NCBI GenBank assembly: GCA_050251055.1
Contig: JBFWNL010000010.1
Coordinates: forward strand, 1-64,000
Direction: 5' to 3'
DNA: 64,000 nt
DNA from: Bacteriovoracia bacterium
GTDB taxonomy: Bacteria; Bdellovibrionota; UBA1018; JBFWNL01
Shown: in pieces, positions 28,847 to 38,299 of the stretch
How the letters are laid out: every line of letters starts with the position of its first letter
How positions within the stretch are numbered: the first letter of the stretch is position 1
Notes under the pieces: generated by a model
Databases searched by the model: none
What the model was told of the DNA's origin: nothing
Seen by the model: only the letters and a program-made list of their open reading frames with translations
Made by a program: the position numbers and the translations under genes

Positions 28847-29785
28847 GTGCGCCGCGGATTAATCGCGCTAGCCGCTGCTCTAACATGGATGATTTCGGTG
28901 ATGGCGGCGCCCGGGATGGGCGCCGCCGAACCGCCGGAAGTGGCCGCCTTGGCCAAGTTCCGCGTGAAAATGCGTTCATTGAAAGCGGCGGTTGGCTACG
29001 TCGATTACAAAGTCGAAGTCAAAGGGGCGAATTACAGCAGTTTCTGTAACTTATTCCTGGTCGGCGAAAACCTGGCATTGACCGCATCTCATTGCATCAG
29101 CACGCAGGCCCAATGCGATACTGCCACTGCGTACTTCTCCGAGGACGGTGATAGCCCGACTCACCACTATGCTTGCAAGAAAGTGTTGGGTATCGGCGCT
29201 CCGTACGACGACAACCTGAAAAACCAAGATGACTTTTCGCTTTTGGAGCTGGAGGGCAAGCCCGGTTCAGATCTTTTGACCGCACCGCTGCACTTCATGC
29301 AGCCCACCGAAGGTCAGAAGTGGCTCTACGTTTTCCTGCCGAAGTACGACACGAAGACCCATATCAAGGATAACATCTCGAGAAGTCTGTCGATTTGCAT
29401 GGCTCGTCGCTCGCACGTGGAATCCGAGATCGGATCTTGGGAAATTAGGCCGCTGCCCAATTCGGACGAACCCTGTCATCTCATGCGTGGAAACTCCGGC
29501 GGACCGATTTTTAACATTCAAGGAAAGATTATCGGAATAGCCACTTGGCTCAAAGCCGCGGAAGGATCGGTGGGAGAGCTGAATGATAACCGCGTGATCG
29601 AAGCGAGAGGTCCTACGATCCAGTCGGTAACCAACAAGCTGGCATCATTGCGCCTGCTTTACCCGGTGGACGCGCCCAAGAACAAACCTGACCCGGAAAT
29701 GGGCCTAGGTACCGCGCCCGAAAAAGAAATCGTCACGATTCCCGCGACCAAGGCCGAACGCAAAAAAGCCCTCGAAGAAAAATAA
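28847..29785 (+). CDS. Exported trypsin-like (S1) serine protease
   Basis: Signal peptide; ALTASHC, DDFSLL, GNSGGP catalytic triad. Confidence 0.88.
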   Translation: MRRGLIALAAALTWMISVMAAPGMGAAEPPEVAALAKFRVKMRSLKAAVGYVDYKVEVKGANYSSFCNLFLVGENLALTASHCISTQAQCDTATAYFSEDGDSPTHHYACKKVLGIGAPYDDNLKNQDDFSLLELEGKPGSDLLTAPLHFMQPTEGQKWLYVFLPKYDTKTHIKDNISRSLSICMARRSHVESEIGSWEIRPLPNSDEPCHLMRGNSGGPIFNIQGKIIGIATWLKAAEGSVGELNDNRVIEARGPTIQSVTNKLASLRLLYPVDAPKNKPDPEMGLGTAPEKEIVTIPATKAERKKALEEK

Positions 29786-29789
29786 CTCG

Positions 29790-31757
29790 TTAACTGGATG
29801 GCGAATCCGGCGCGCCGCCGGTCAATTCCTTGCGCTTTTTCTGGACATCCAAATACATGGACATTAGCTCGGCTTGTCGGCCGGAATCCTGGTTGGCCGC
29901 CGCTTCGGCGAGATCCGCCTCGATTTTCTGCGAAAACGCACCCCATGCGCGCGCGAGTCCCTTGCTTAGCGCCAGCCGGATATCTTCGGAGGGGGTGCCG
30001 GCTTCCGCGATAAAAGTCTCCACGAGCAGCGACCGCAAGGCCGGGGGCAGCTCCTGCTCAAAAAGCAAGGCCTGCACGGCTGCCGGATCTTGGCGGCTGG
30101 TTTCCCATTCCGGCCGGGCGAGCAAGCGCGAAGCACAGTCTTTGAAAGCCGGATGCTGGAAAAGCTCGCTGAGCGGTGTCTGGGGCGGCAAATTCAGTTG
30201 GGCGTGGTTCCAATCGGTTTGAAACTCCGCCCACTTCGCCAGCGCGACCATCAATAACTTATCGGAGGGCCCCGGTTTGGCGCTCGCGGAAACGGGACGC
30301 GCGGCCGGGCGCACCGCCATGCCCACGCGAGGGCCGCCACCGGCCGGTGAATTCGGGTACGCCGGGGGCGCGGACTTCAGCGGCGGCAAGCCAAAGAGAT
30401 CGCGCCGAATACCCAAGCGCTGCTCGAGCGCGCTCACGCGGACTTCTCGTCCCACCGGATCCTGATAGAGGGCAAGCCACTGACCGATTTTTTTGATCGC
30501 TTGCGTCTTTTGCTCGGGCCCGTGGGTGGCAAGCTGCACTTGCTCGTCGATGCGCAGATCCAGCAAGGGCTTCGCCTCGCGCACCATCGCCTGCAGCCGT
30601 TCGGCGCCGCTCGGCTGCTCGCCTTGCGCGGGAAGCGCCGCGAATTCGTCGGGGTCGATATCCTCGGGCAAAAAAGCGGCGTGGACGATCACGCCTTGGC
30701 CAAGCGCCGTCTCCATCGCCCGGTCGGTGGCGTCACGGCCAGCCGTATCGCCGTCAAACAGAAGCACAATTCGGCTCGTAAGGCGCTGAAAGATCTGCAA
30801 GTGCTCGGTCGTGAGCGCGGTCCCACAGGTCGCCACTGCCTGCTTTAAGCCCGCCTTATGCAAGCCGAGGACATCGAAATAGCCTTCGACCAAGATCAGC
30901 TCGTCCAGCTCGCGAATATGCTTTTTGGCCTGAAATAGCCCAAAGGCGAGTTTACTTTTACGGAAAAGCGGTGACTCAGGCGAGTTGAGGTACTTCGGCG
31001 TATGGGCCCCATCCACCGAAGAGGAAGCATCGCCCGGAAGGATGCGCCCGCCAAAGCCCGCCACGCGCCCACGCAGATCCAAGATGGGGAACATCGCGCG
31101 ATTTCGAAATAGATCGAAATGACCCGTAACACTCGACTTCGCGCCCGGAGAAGAAGGCCGAATGAGCCCCAGCCGCGCGGCCATTTCCAAAGGCGCTTTC
31201 GCGTCCATCAGGCGCTTGGCCAAGCCTTCCCATTCCGCAGGCGCATAGCCCGCATAAAATTCCCGCTCAAGATCTCCGGTGATCCCGCGCTCGTCCAAAT
31301 AGCCACGCGCTTCCGCGCTCTGGGCGAGCGAATTACGGTAAAACGCCGCCGCGAAGCGATTGAGCTTGAACGCCACCGCCATCTCGTCGCGCTGTCCTCC
31401 CGAGCCAGGACCGTCCGCGCCGCTCGCCGAGCGCTTGATCACGCCCTCGAGCGAAATCCCCGCACGCGATGCGAGCTCCTCGACCGCCTCGATGAACGTG
31501 ATCCCGTGCAGATCAACCAAGAAGGAAATCATGTCGCCACCGGCCTTGCAGCCGTAGCAGTGGAAAAGCTGTTTCTGCTCGCTCACGCTGAAGGAGGGCG
31601 AACGCTCCGAGTGGAAGGGGCAGAGACCCGTATAGTTCGCGCCCTGCTTACGCAAAACCACGTGCTCGCCGACGATCTCGAGGATGCTGACCTTGTCCTT
31701 GATCTTACGCAGAAGTTCGGGCGAGATTTTGGACGAGCTGCCGGCGGACTGGCTCAT
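29790..31757 (-). CDS. dnaG: DNA primase
   Basis: CPFHSERSPSF...CYGC zinc finger, FRNRAMFPI, KYLNSPE, LVEGYFD, FDGDTAG; start re-called at the ATGA overlap with mpg. Confidence 0.97.
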   Translation of the reverse strand: MSQSAGSSSKISPELLRKIKDKVSILEIVGEHVVLRKQGANYTGLCPFHSERSPSFSVSEQKQLFHCYGCKAGGDMISFLVDLHGITFIEAVEELASRAGISLEGVIKRSASGADGPGSGGQRDEMAVAFKLNRFAAAFYRNSLAQSAEARGYLDERGITGDLEREFYAGYAPAEWEGLAKRLMDAKAPLEMAARLGLIRPSSPGAKSSVTGHFDLFRNRAMFPILDLRGRVAGFGGRILPGDASSSVDGAHTPKYLNSPESPLFRKSKLAFGLFQAKKHIRELDELILVEGYFDVLGLHKAGLKQAVATCGTALTTEHLQIFQRLTSRIVLLFDGDTAGRDATDRAMETALGQGVIVHAAFLPEDIDPDEFAALPAQGEQPSGAERLQAMVREAKPLLDLRIDEQVQLATHGPEQKTQAIKKIGQWLALYQDPVGREVRVSALEQRLGIRRDLFGLPPLKSAPPAYPNSPAGGGPRVGMAVRPAARPVSASAKPGPSDKLLMVALAKWAEFQTDWNHAQLNLPPQTPLSELFQHPAFKDCASRLLARPEWETSRQDPAAVQALLFEQELPPALRSLLVETFIAEAGTPSEDIRLALSKGLARAWGAFSQKIEADLAEAAANQDSGRQAELMSMYLDVQKKRKELTGGAPDSPSS

Positions 31758-32410
31758 GCCCGCCCCGCTTTCCGCGACGCTGGTGTCGACCACGGGCGCG
31801 CGGCTCGGTTTTGGCGAGACCGGCTCACGTACGGGTTACCCGCGATGAAATAGCGCCACTCTTGCTCGATCGCCTTCGTAATGCCCACGCGCGGGGACAC
31901 GTGGATCGCGGCGGACCGAAAGCCGTCGTCATACACAAAAAGCTCCGGGCCGCGTAACGACGCCCGGTTGTGCTTCATCCGGATGCCCATCGCCCGACAA
32001 AGTCTTCCCGGACCGTTCGTCCAATCGCGGCGGCTTGGACCGCGACGACGGCGCATCAGGGCGAAGCCCTCGAGCGGCTCCACCGCGCGGATCAGGACCG
32101 CGCCCGGCACGTGCTCGGCTTCGGTCACGAAATTGAGCATCTCGTACATCCCATAGATAAAATAAACGTAGGCGATTCCCGCCGCCTCGAACATCGGCGA
32201 GGTACGCGCGGTTTTTCCCGTCGCTGAATGCGAAGCGGGATCGTCCCCCATATAAGCTTCGGTTTCCACGATGCGCCCCGCGGTGATCTGCTCATACGGG
32301 CCGCGCGCCTGGCGGACCACCAGGACTTTTCCCAGTAAATCGCGCGCAACCTCGTGAGTATCGCGCGCAAAAAAACGACGGGGGAGCAGCTTTCGCCGTC
32401 CCCCGTCCAA
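31754..32410 (-). CDS. mpg: DNA-3-methyladenine glycosylase (MPG/AAG)
   Basis: VARDLLGK, GRIVETEAY, AYVYFIYGMY, AVLIRA, NGPGRLC, PRVGI; TTG start inferred. Confidence 0.92.
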   Translation of the reverse strand: MDGGRRKLLPRRFFARDTHEVARDLLGKVLVVRQARGPYEQITAGRIVETEAYMGDDPASHSATGKTARTSPMFEAAGIAYVYFIYGMYEMLNFVTEAEHVPGAVLIRAVEPLEGFALMRRRRGPSRRDWTNGPGRLCRAMGIRMKHNRASLRGPELFVYDDGFRSAAIHVSPRVGITKAIEQEWRYFIAGNPYVSRSRQNRAARPWSTPASRKAGRA

Positions 32411-32411
32411 T

Positions 32412-32861
32412 CTAGCCTTGGAGTTTTTTGGATACGAATTCGCTAATGCGTTTTCCATCCGCCCGCCCCTGCACCTTGGGCAAGAGCACCTTCATGACCT
32501 TGCCCATGTCCTTTGGCGTCGTCGCTTGCGCCTCCGCAACCGCGTCGGCTACGAGCTTCGAGAGCTCGTCGTCGCCCAGCTGCTGCGGGAGGTACGACTG
32601 CAGAAAGCTCAACTCCGCCGTCTCCGCCGCGACCAAGTCCTCCCGACCACCCTTTTTGAACTGGTCGATCGAGTCTTGGCGCTGCTTTGCCAGCGTCATG
32701 ATCACCTTCTGGATACCGGCATCGTCGAGGTCCACGCGATCATCGACCTCTTTCTTGCGAATGGCGGCATGCAGGTTCCGCGCGTAGCCCAGCGTTTCCT
32801 TCTGGCCCGACTTCATCGCGGTTTTGATCGCCTCGGAAAGTTTTTCCTTAAGCGTCGGCAT
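32412..32861 (-). CDS. GatB/YqeY domain protein
   Basis: KTAMKSG, KQRQDSI.QF..GGREDL, YLPQQL, KDMGKVM; adjacent to rpsU. Confidence 0.92.
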   Translation of the reverse strand: MPTLKEKLSEAIKTAMKSGQKETLGYARNLHAAIRKKEVDDRVDLDDAGIQKVIMTLAKQRQDSIDQFKKGGREDLVAAETAELSFLQSYLPQQLGDDELSKLVADAVAEAQATTPKDMGKVMKVLLPKVQGRADGKRISEFVSKKLQG

Positions 32862-32885
32862 TGAAACTCCAAATCAGTTTTAAGA

Positions 32886-33086
32886 TTAATATTCGCGGCG
32901 GCGACCAGGCTTCTTGGTAGCGCGCTTGCGAGCGGCGGCCGCTTTCTTCTTTCGCTTCACGGAAGGCTTCTCGTAAGCTTCGCGCTTACGGACTTCGGAA
33001 AGAATGCCGGCTTTCTCACACTGCTTCTTGAAGCGCTTCAAAGCGGCTTCAAACGAATCTCCATCACGGATTACGATTCCAGGCAT
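32886..33086 (-). CDS. rpsU: 30S ribosomal protein S21
   Basis: [28 protein letters not shown]; GGAGGTGA RBS. Confidence 0.97.
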   Translation of the reverse strand: MPGIVIRDGDSFEAALKRFKKQCEKAGILSEVRKREAYEKPSVKRKKKAAAARKRATKKPGRRREY

Positions 33087-33175
33087 TCTCAATCACCTCC
33101 TTCCAATTTGGGATAGGTAACCGGATATATGGGGTTTCCCGAATGAAAGCAAGCCCTTAATCCCCCATTCCGGGG

Positions 33176-34270
33176 CTAGGACACCGGCTCCGTGGTCTTA
33201 ACCACGATAAAACGCCCCACGCCGGCTCCATGGACGCCTAAGTCCGCCTGGACAAAGGTCAGGACCCCGGCCGTGGGGTCGAATCGGAAAGAAAATAGGC
33301 CTTTATTGGTCGAGTCATAAATCAGGGCCGTCTGGCCATCCGGCAAGAAATAAATCGATGCGGCGGAGCCCAGACTACTGACCGTAACGGACGCCACGGC
33401 GGGGGTCTGCACCACCCCATGACTGTCGAGGCGAAACACTTCGACTAGCCCCGTCCCGGTGGTGGCTTGCCACAGGTACTGCCCAGACGGATCGATTCCG
33501 CGTGCGCCCGCGCTCAATCCCCCCGCACTGCCGGCGAGCACGAATCCGCCCGTATTGCGATCGATTGTATAAGTATAGACAACGTTCGACGTCGAGCGCA
33601 GGACGTAATCACCCTCCCCCTGGAATAGGGCGCCTCCCCCGGAGTACCCTTGAAGAAAGGTTGTCACCCCGGAAGCCGCGTCCACCCCGTAAAGATACGT
33701 CTCCGCGGTCTCGGCCCGATTCAAAAAGAAATACTTTCCTTCGGGATGACCAAAACCTCGAATCGTGCTTCCTGAATTAAAGAAAATCGTCGGATTCAAG
33801 CTGGAAGCCGTTAAGCTCCCGTCGTCGGACAAAACTCTCAGGGTTCGAATACCCACCAGTGGTATCGACACGAAAAGAAAACGTTGGTCGACAGAAGCGC
33901 GAACCTCCTGAACTATCCCCGACCCTAAATTTAATGAAGACGCGAAGGCGGGCTCACCCGTGGCTGGGTTGAGCGCATAAGTGTCTACCGTCGGGGGGTT
34001 GACGATCGGTGCCATCCAAAGGAATCGGCCATCCCGAGAAGCCTCGAGTTTATCCGGGTTCGTGTTTTGAGTGGTGACACTCCAGGTCTGGCGGACAAAC
34101 GCACCCGTGGAAGGATTGATCTCGAAGGCCCCCAGCGTCTGTTGGCTAACCGCCGCCATATAGAGAAAATAGTGCACCTTTACGCCGTGGCTGAACTTCG
34201 CGCCGCATCCTGTCCCACCCGCCAGAAGCGATGCGGCAACGAACAGGGGTAGATGAGGAAAACGGGCCAT
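33176..34270 (-). CDS. Lactonase-like beta-propeller lipoprotein
   Basis: Lipobox-like GTGC; repeated blades (DGRFL, DQRFL, EGKYF, SGQYL, DGQTA). Confidence 0.65.
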   Translation of the reverse strand: MARFPHLPLFVAASLLAGGTGCGAKFSHGVKVHYFLYMAAVSQQTLGAFEINPSTGAFVRQTWSVTTQNTNPDKLEASRDGRFLWMAPIVNPPTVDTYALNPATGEPAFASSLNLGSGIVQEVRASVDQRFLFVSIPLVGIRTLRVLSDDGSLTASSLNPTIFFNSGSTIRGFGHPEGKYFFLNRAETAETYLYGVDAASGVTTFLQGYSGGGALFQGEGDYVLRSTSNVVYTYTIDRNTGGFVLAGSAGGLSAGARGIDPSGQYLWQATTGTGLVEVFRLDSHGVVQTPAVASVTVSSLGSAASIYFLPDGQTALIYDSTNKGLFSFRFDPTAGVLTFVQADLGVHGAGVGRFIVVKTTEPVS

Positions 34271-34349
34271 GGGGTCAGTATACCCCGCAGCAGGTATTTC
34301 TTGAAACGGGGGAAATCATGCTACTGCTTTTCATAGGGAGATCCCGTTT

Positions 34350-35234
34350 ATGAAATATAGCCACCGGAACCTACTTTGTATTTCCGCCTTACTCGCCGTG
34401 CTGAGCGGCTGCGCCGCCAGCATCGATGACGCCGAAGAAATCGGACAGTCCGTCGGAGACGCCATGGCGTCGGTGGATGAGTCGGCCGGGAACAATTCGG
34501 GAGGATTCGGGTGGCTGCCGTTTGATTCGGGCCGCGCGGTTCGCTACGCGGAACGCACGCCGATGGATACCCTGCAAAACTGGCTAGTCCCCGAAACCCA
34601 AGCGGCCGCATGCTGGGCCACGGCGACATTCGGCACCTGCACGGCCGGCGTGATGACCCGCACCTTCGGTGGCTGCACCTTGGTCGGCGTCACCCTCAAC
34701 GGCACGGTAACGCTGACTTTCAGCGACACCGCTTGCTCGATGGCTAGCACCGGAAATTCCGTCTCCCGTTCGCCTAACTTCACGCTCACGGGACGACGGG
34801 GAGCGACCCTCACGATTTCCCCGGACAACGGCGGATCACAGACGGTCACCCGCACGGGCGCGAACGCGTTCACCTACAGTAATTCCGGAATCCGGCGCGT
34901 AGCGACTAGCGTTGGCGGCGCCACGCTCTTCGATTTATCGTTTAAAACCACGACGGCCATTGGCGTAACGGGAGCAACACGCGCGACCCGCGTACTAGAC
35001 GGCGGCACCTTGCAAATCACCCACAACACCAAGAGTTACGTCGTGGCGCTCAGCCCTTCGCAGGTGACCTGGAGTTCGTCCTGCAGCTGCGCGGTTTCTG
35101 GGACCTGGAGCGGCACCGTCAGCGGGACCTACAGCGGAAACTTCACGGTGGAAATCACGGGTTGCGGCACGGCCAAAGTAACGTCCAACGGCGCTAGCGA
35201 AGACATCACGCTGGATCGTTGCGCGGGAGTTTAA
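34350..35234 (+). CDS. Thr/Gly/Cys-rich putative lipoprotein
   Basis: Lipobox LSGC; extended beta-rich body with several Cys. Confidence 0.65.
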   Translation: MKYSHRNLLCISALLAVLSGCAASIDDAEEIGQSVGDAMASVDESAGNNSGGFGWLPFDSGRAVRYAERTPMDTLQNWLVPETQAAACWATATFGTCTAGVMTRTFGGCTLVGVTLNGTVTLTFSDTACSMASTGNSVSRSPNFTLTGRRGATLTISPDNGGSQTVTRTGANAFTYSNSGIRRVATSVGGATLFDLSFKTTTAIGVTGATRATRVLDGGTLQITHNTKSYVVALSPSQVTWSSSCSCAVSGTWSGTVSGTYSGNFTVEITGCGTAKVTSNGASEDITLDRCAGV

Positions 35235-36157
35235 TCCCAGAGCGCGACGAGGAATCCGCCGCCACCGGCGCCGGTCAGTTTCGTCGCGAGCGCGCCTTGG
35301 CGCTTGAGTTCCGCGTGCAACGCAGAAACCGAATCCGGCACGAGCCCCCAGCCTTCGTAACAGCCTTGGCCTTGGGACATCGCCGAAGCCACTCGTTCCA
35401 AACCGCGCGCGCGATCTTCGGATCCGCCCCGGCCAAAAAGCTGTAAACCTTCGATCGCCTCGGCCGTCGCGGCCTTCATCTGGCGATCCAGCGCTTCGCC
35501 CCGCGCGGGATCCAATTCCGCCACCCGCTTCACCTTCTCGATGCAATCGCTGGTACGGCCGCGCACGCGCGTATCGTGGAATGTAAACTTCGGCAGGCCG
35601 CTCGCGAGCAGGAGCGGGGTAATGCCCACCTCCCCGGGTTCGGTCGTACGCCGGTAAACGATCGGTTGACCGCTGGCGACGACAGCCACGTCCATGCCGC
35701 TGCTTTTGCCGTGAAAGTAGTCCTCAAGCTCGGTAGCCACGGCCACCGGCTTTTCGAAGGCATACCCCGTGCGGGCGGAAAACCAACGGGTGACCGCCAC
35801 GCATAACGCGGCCGATGAACCCAGGCCGCCTCCCACGGGGATCGTGCTCTGTATCCGCAGCGTTCCGCCCGGAGCTTTCGCCCCGGACTTTCGCTCTAAC
35901 TGTCGCACCAGCTCGAGCACCGGCGAATAAATATGGTCACGACCGGAACGCCCCACCTTCAACTCACCGGCGCCGTCCGCCTCGAAAGAAAGCGTGAGGG
36001 AATACTCCGGATGTGGCATCGCGATCGCCGAACCCCCGCGCAGCACGGTGTGCTCGCCCGTCAGTACCCATTTCCCGGGTACCGTGACCTGGCTAGCGAG
36101 GAGCCCGCGATCGACGTTCGACTCGGCGGTGCGGAATGTGTCCGACGCGAGAATCAT
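35231..36157 (-). CDS. mvk: Mevalonate kinase (GHMP family)
   Basis: PGKWVLTGEH, PVGGGLGSSAA, HGKSSGMD, KLTGAGGGG; within the mevalonate operon. Confidence 0.82.
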   Translation of the reverse strand: MILASDTFRTAESNVDRGLLASQVTVPGKWVLTGEHTVLRGGSAIAMPHPEYSLTLSFEADGAGELKVGRSGRDHIYSPVLELVRQLERKSGAKAPGGTLRIQSTIPVGGGLGSSAALCVAVTRWFSARTGYAFEKPVAVATELEDYFHGKSSGMDVAVVASGQPIVYRRTTEPGEVGITPLLLASGLPKFTFHDTRVRGRTSDCIEKVKRVAELDPARGEALDRQMKAATAEAIEGLQLFGRGGSEDRARGLERVASAMSQGQGCYEGWGLVPDSVSALHAELKRQGALATKLTGAGGGGFLVALWD

Positions 36158-37311
36158 GACAACAGCTTCGCTCCGTCGCCCTGCGGGTCTTCGAGAAATT
36201 CCAGGTCAGGAAATTTCACGGTCAATAGCTCACGCCACTGCGCGGCCTTGGACTTCGCCACGAGCAGATGTACGTTCGGCCCGGCGTCCAACGTGACAAT
36301 CGGCGGAACCTGGTTATGGTCAAGCGCGGCGTTGTAAAGCGTAGCGAGCCACTTGAGGATCTCGATCGAGCGCGGCTCAAAGTAAGTGAACGGACGCTCG
36401 CAGGTATGAAAAAGACTGTGCATCTCCCAGGCTTCCGCCCAAGCGATCTTGGCGACGCCCGTGAGATCGCCTGAGGCGAGCGCGGTCTCAAGCTGGGTCA
36501 TGCGTCCGGCCACGCGATCCACGCGCCCCGTCCAAAGCGGTGACTGCAGCACGCGCAGGTGCGCTTCGCTGGAAGACACCTGCTTGCTTTCACGGCTCAC
36601 GAGGAGCACGAAATCGACCATCTCGGGCATCTTTGACGTTACGGCGGCGGCACGCTCCCCTTCCCACTTCACCCAAGGGCCTTCGAGCGAGCGGCACGAG
36701 CTGCCCGAACCTTGGCGGGAGAGCGCGGCAAAGGCCCGCCGAAAATCCGCTTGGGTTTGCCAAACCTTTTCGAAAGCCTTCACGTCGCGCGCGAAGGTCG
36801 CGGCGGCGGCGAGGGTGATGGCGGCAAAGCTCGAAGCACTGGACGCGATGCCGGCGGCGGCCGGAAAGGAATTGCAGGTGCGCCAGTTGATATCGCAGTC
36901 GAGATCAAACTGTAGACCGTGGGCGCCGAAGACCTCCGGCACGAAGCGCTGAACGCGCTCAATCTGCTTGTTCACCTTGGTCACGCCATGGTCGTTCAGC
37001 GCCGGCGCCATCCAAGGGGACTGCGGGGCGCGGGACTTAGCGGCCGCCGCCGATTTCGCGGCGCCTTTTTCCGCGGCAGCGGCGGTCAGCTTTTCAAGTT
37101 CCATGCGGGGAAGCTCTGGGATCCAGCGGAATACACACTGTTTTCCCTTCGTCGGCATGCGCTCGAACTCCACCACGGTCTGCAGCGAATTCAGGGTCAT
37201 CGACAGGCTGCCGTTCGCGGGCAGGTTCTGGGAAGCGTCCTTCTTTCCCATGTATTTAATGATCGCGATGTTAGAGGGCGCGCTGGCGAAAATCGACGTT
37301 TTGGTGCTCAT
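36154..37311 (-). CDS. mvaD: Diphosphomevalonate decarboxylase
   Basis: APSNIAIIKYMGK, FPAAAGIASSAS, RQGSGSSCRS, TLDAGPNVH. Confidence 0.92.
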   Translation of the reverse strand: MSTKTSIFASAPSNIAIIKYMGKKDASQNLPANGSLSMTLNSLQTVVEFERMPTKGKQCVFRWIPELPRMELEKLTAAAAEKGAAKSAAAAKSRAPQSPWMAPALNDHGVTKVNKQIERVQRFVPEVFGAHGLQFDLDCDINWRTCNSFPAAAGIASSASSFAAITLAAAATFARDVKAFEKVWQTQADFRRAFAALSRQGSGSSCRSLEGPWVKWEGERAAAVTSKMPEMVDFVLLVSRESKQVSSSEAHLRVLQSPLWTGRVDRVAGRMTQLETALASGDLTGVAKIAWAEAWEMHSLFHTCERPFTYFEPRSIEILKWLATLYNAALDHNQVPPIVTLDAGPNVHLLVAKSKAAQWRELLTVKFPDLEFLEDPQGDGAKLLS

Positions 37312-37321
37312 ATGGTCTCCC

Positions 37322-38299
37322 TCATTTCAGGCCGTCCTCGAATTCAATTCCTTGCCAAAGCAGTTTCAGTCCCCGGGCTTCGGCGGTTTGGCGGAGCGCC
37401 GCCGCTTCCGCGGGCCCTAAGCGCGCGGGATCCACGAGCGCCATCATATTATCCGCCAGCAGGGCGCCCCCGCCCTTCACGCCGAGCACGCCGGGAAGCG
37501 CGCGCAAGGCGCGACGATCTTCGGCGGCCTCCGCTAACTCCAGGCCCGCTTCGGACAATGCATTCGCGTAGTCGTCCATCGCCCGACCGAGCGCGGGCAA
37601 ATCGGTTTCCTCGAGCGCGCGCTGGCCGCCGACGGCAACCGCGGTCAAGCGATCGATCAAGTCTCCCGAGTGCTTCGGAAATCCCAAACGGCCAAGCGCC
37701 TGCAGATGCTCGTGCGTGGGAACCTTGCGCCCGGGCTTGCCCGTCGCCGAGAAAACCCAGAACTGCGAACCCCACCCCCGGCGGCAGTCTTCGATCTTCT
37801 CCGCTTCCAAGTGACAAACGGCCAAACCACCGTTGATCTGGGCGGCGAGGTCGGCGCCGCTCGGAGGCAGGGCCTGATCACCGGTCAAGCGGCGGTAGAG
37901 GCGCCAAGCCGCCCATGCGTTCAATTCGGACTTCCGGCCATTGGCTTCCATCACGGCCTGGTAAAGCAGCGCGAACTCGGCGGTGGATCCACCGAACCCC
38001 CCGGCACCCCCGTGAGCGTCGCGGAATTGAAACCACGGGACATTTAACTTCTCATGGGCGGCCCACTTCAATAATAGGCCAGCCGGACTTTCGGGATGGA
38101 ACCCCCCGAGCATTTCCGGCGTTGCTTCCCAGTCGGGCTCCACGACGAGGTGAAAGCGCGGACCGACGGCGGCGACGATCGCGGGCTTGCCCAGGAGGGC
38201 GATGTATTCGCCCAGTAAGAAAATTTTCCCGCCGACGGAGTACTCGCGGCTAGAGCTCGACGGATTCGTTCGCGCGTGCGGGTGGTACGCACTGGTCAC
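37322..38299 (-). CDS. Divergent GHMP kinase, probable phosphomevalonate kinase
   Basis: GKIFLLGEY, GFGGSTA, PSGADLAAQ, KGGGALLAD; operon position. Confidence 0.65.
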   Translation of the reverse strand: MTSAYHPHARTNPSSSSREYSVGGKIFLLGEYIALLGKPAIVAAVGPRFHLVVEPDWEATPEMLGGFHPESPAGLLLKWAAHEKLNVPWFQFRDAHGGAGGFGGSTAEFALLYQAVMEANGRKSELNAWAAWRLYRRLTGDQALPPSGADLAAQINGGLAVCHLEAEKIEDCRRGWGSQFWVFSATGKPGRKVPTHEHLQALGRLGFPKHSGDLIDRLTAVAVGGQRALEETDLPALGRAMDDYANALSEAGLELAEAAEDRRALRALPGVLGVKGGGALLADNMMALVDPARLGPAEAAALRQTAEARGLKLLWQGIEFEDGLK

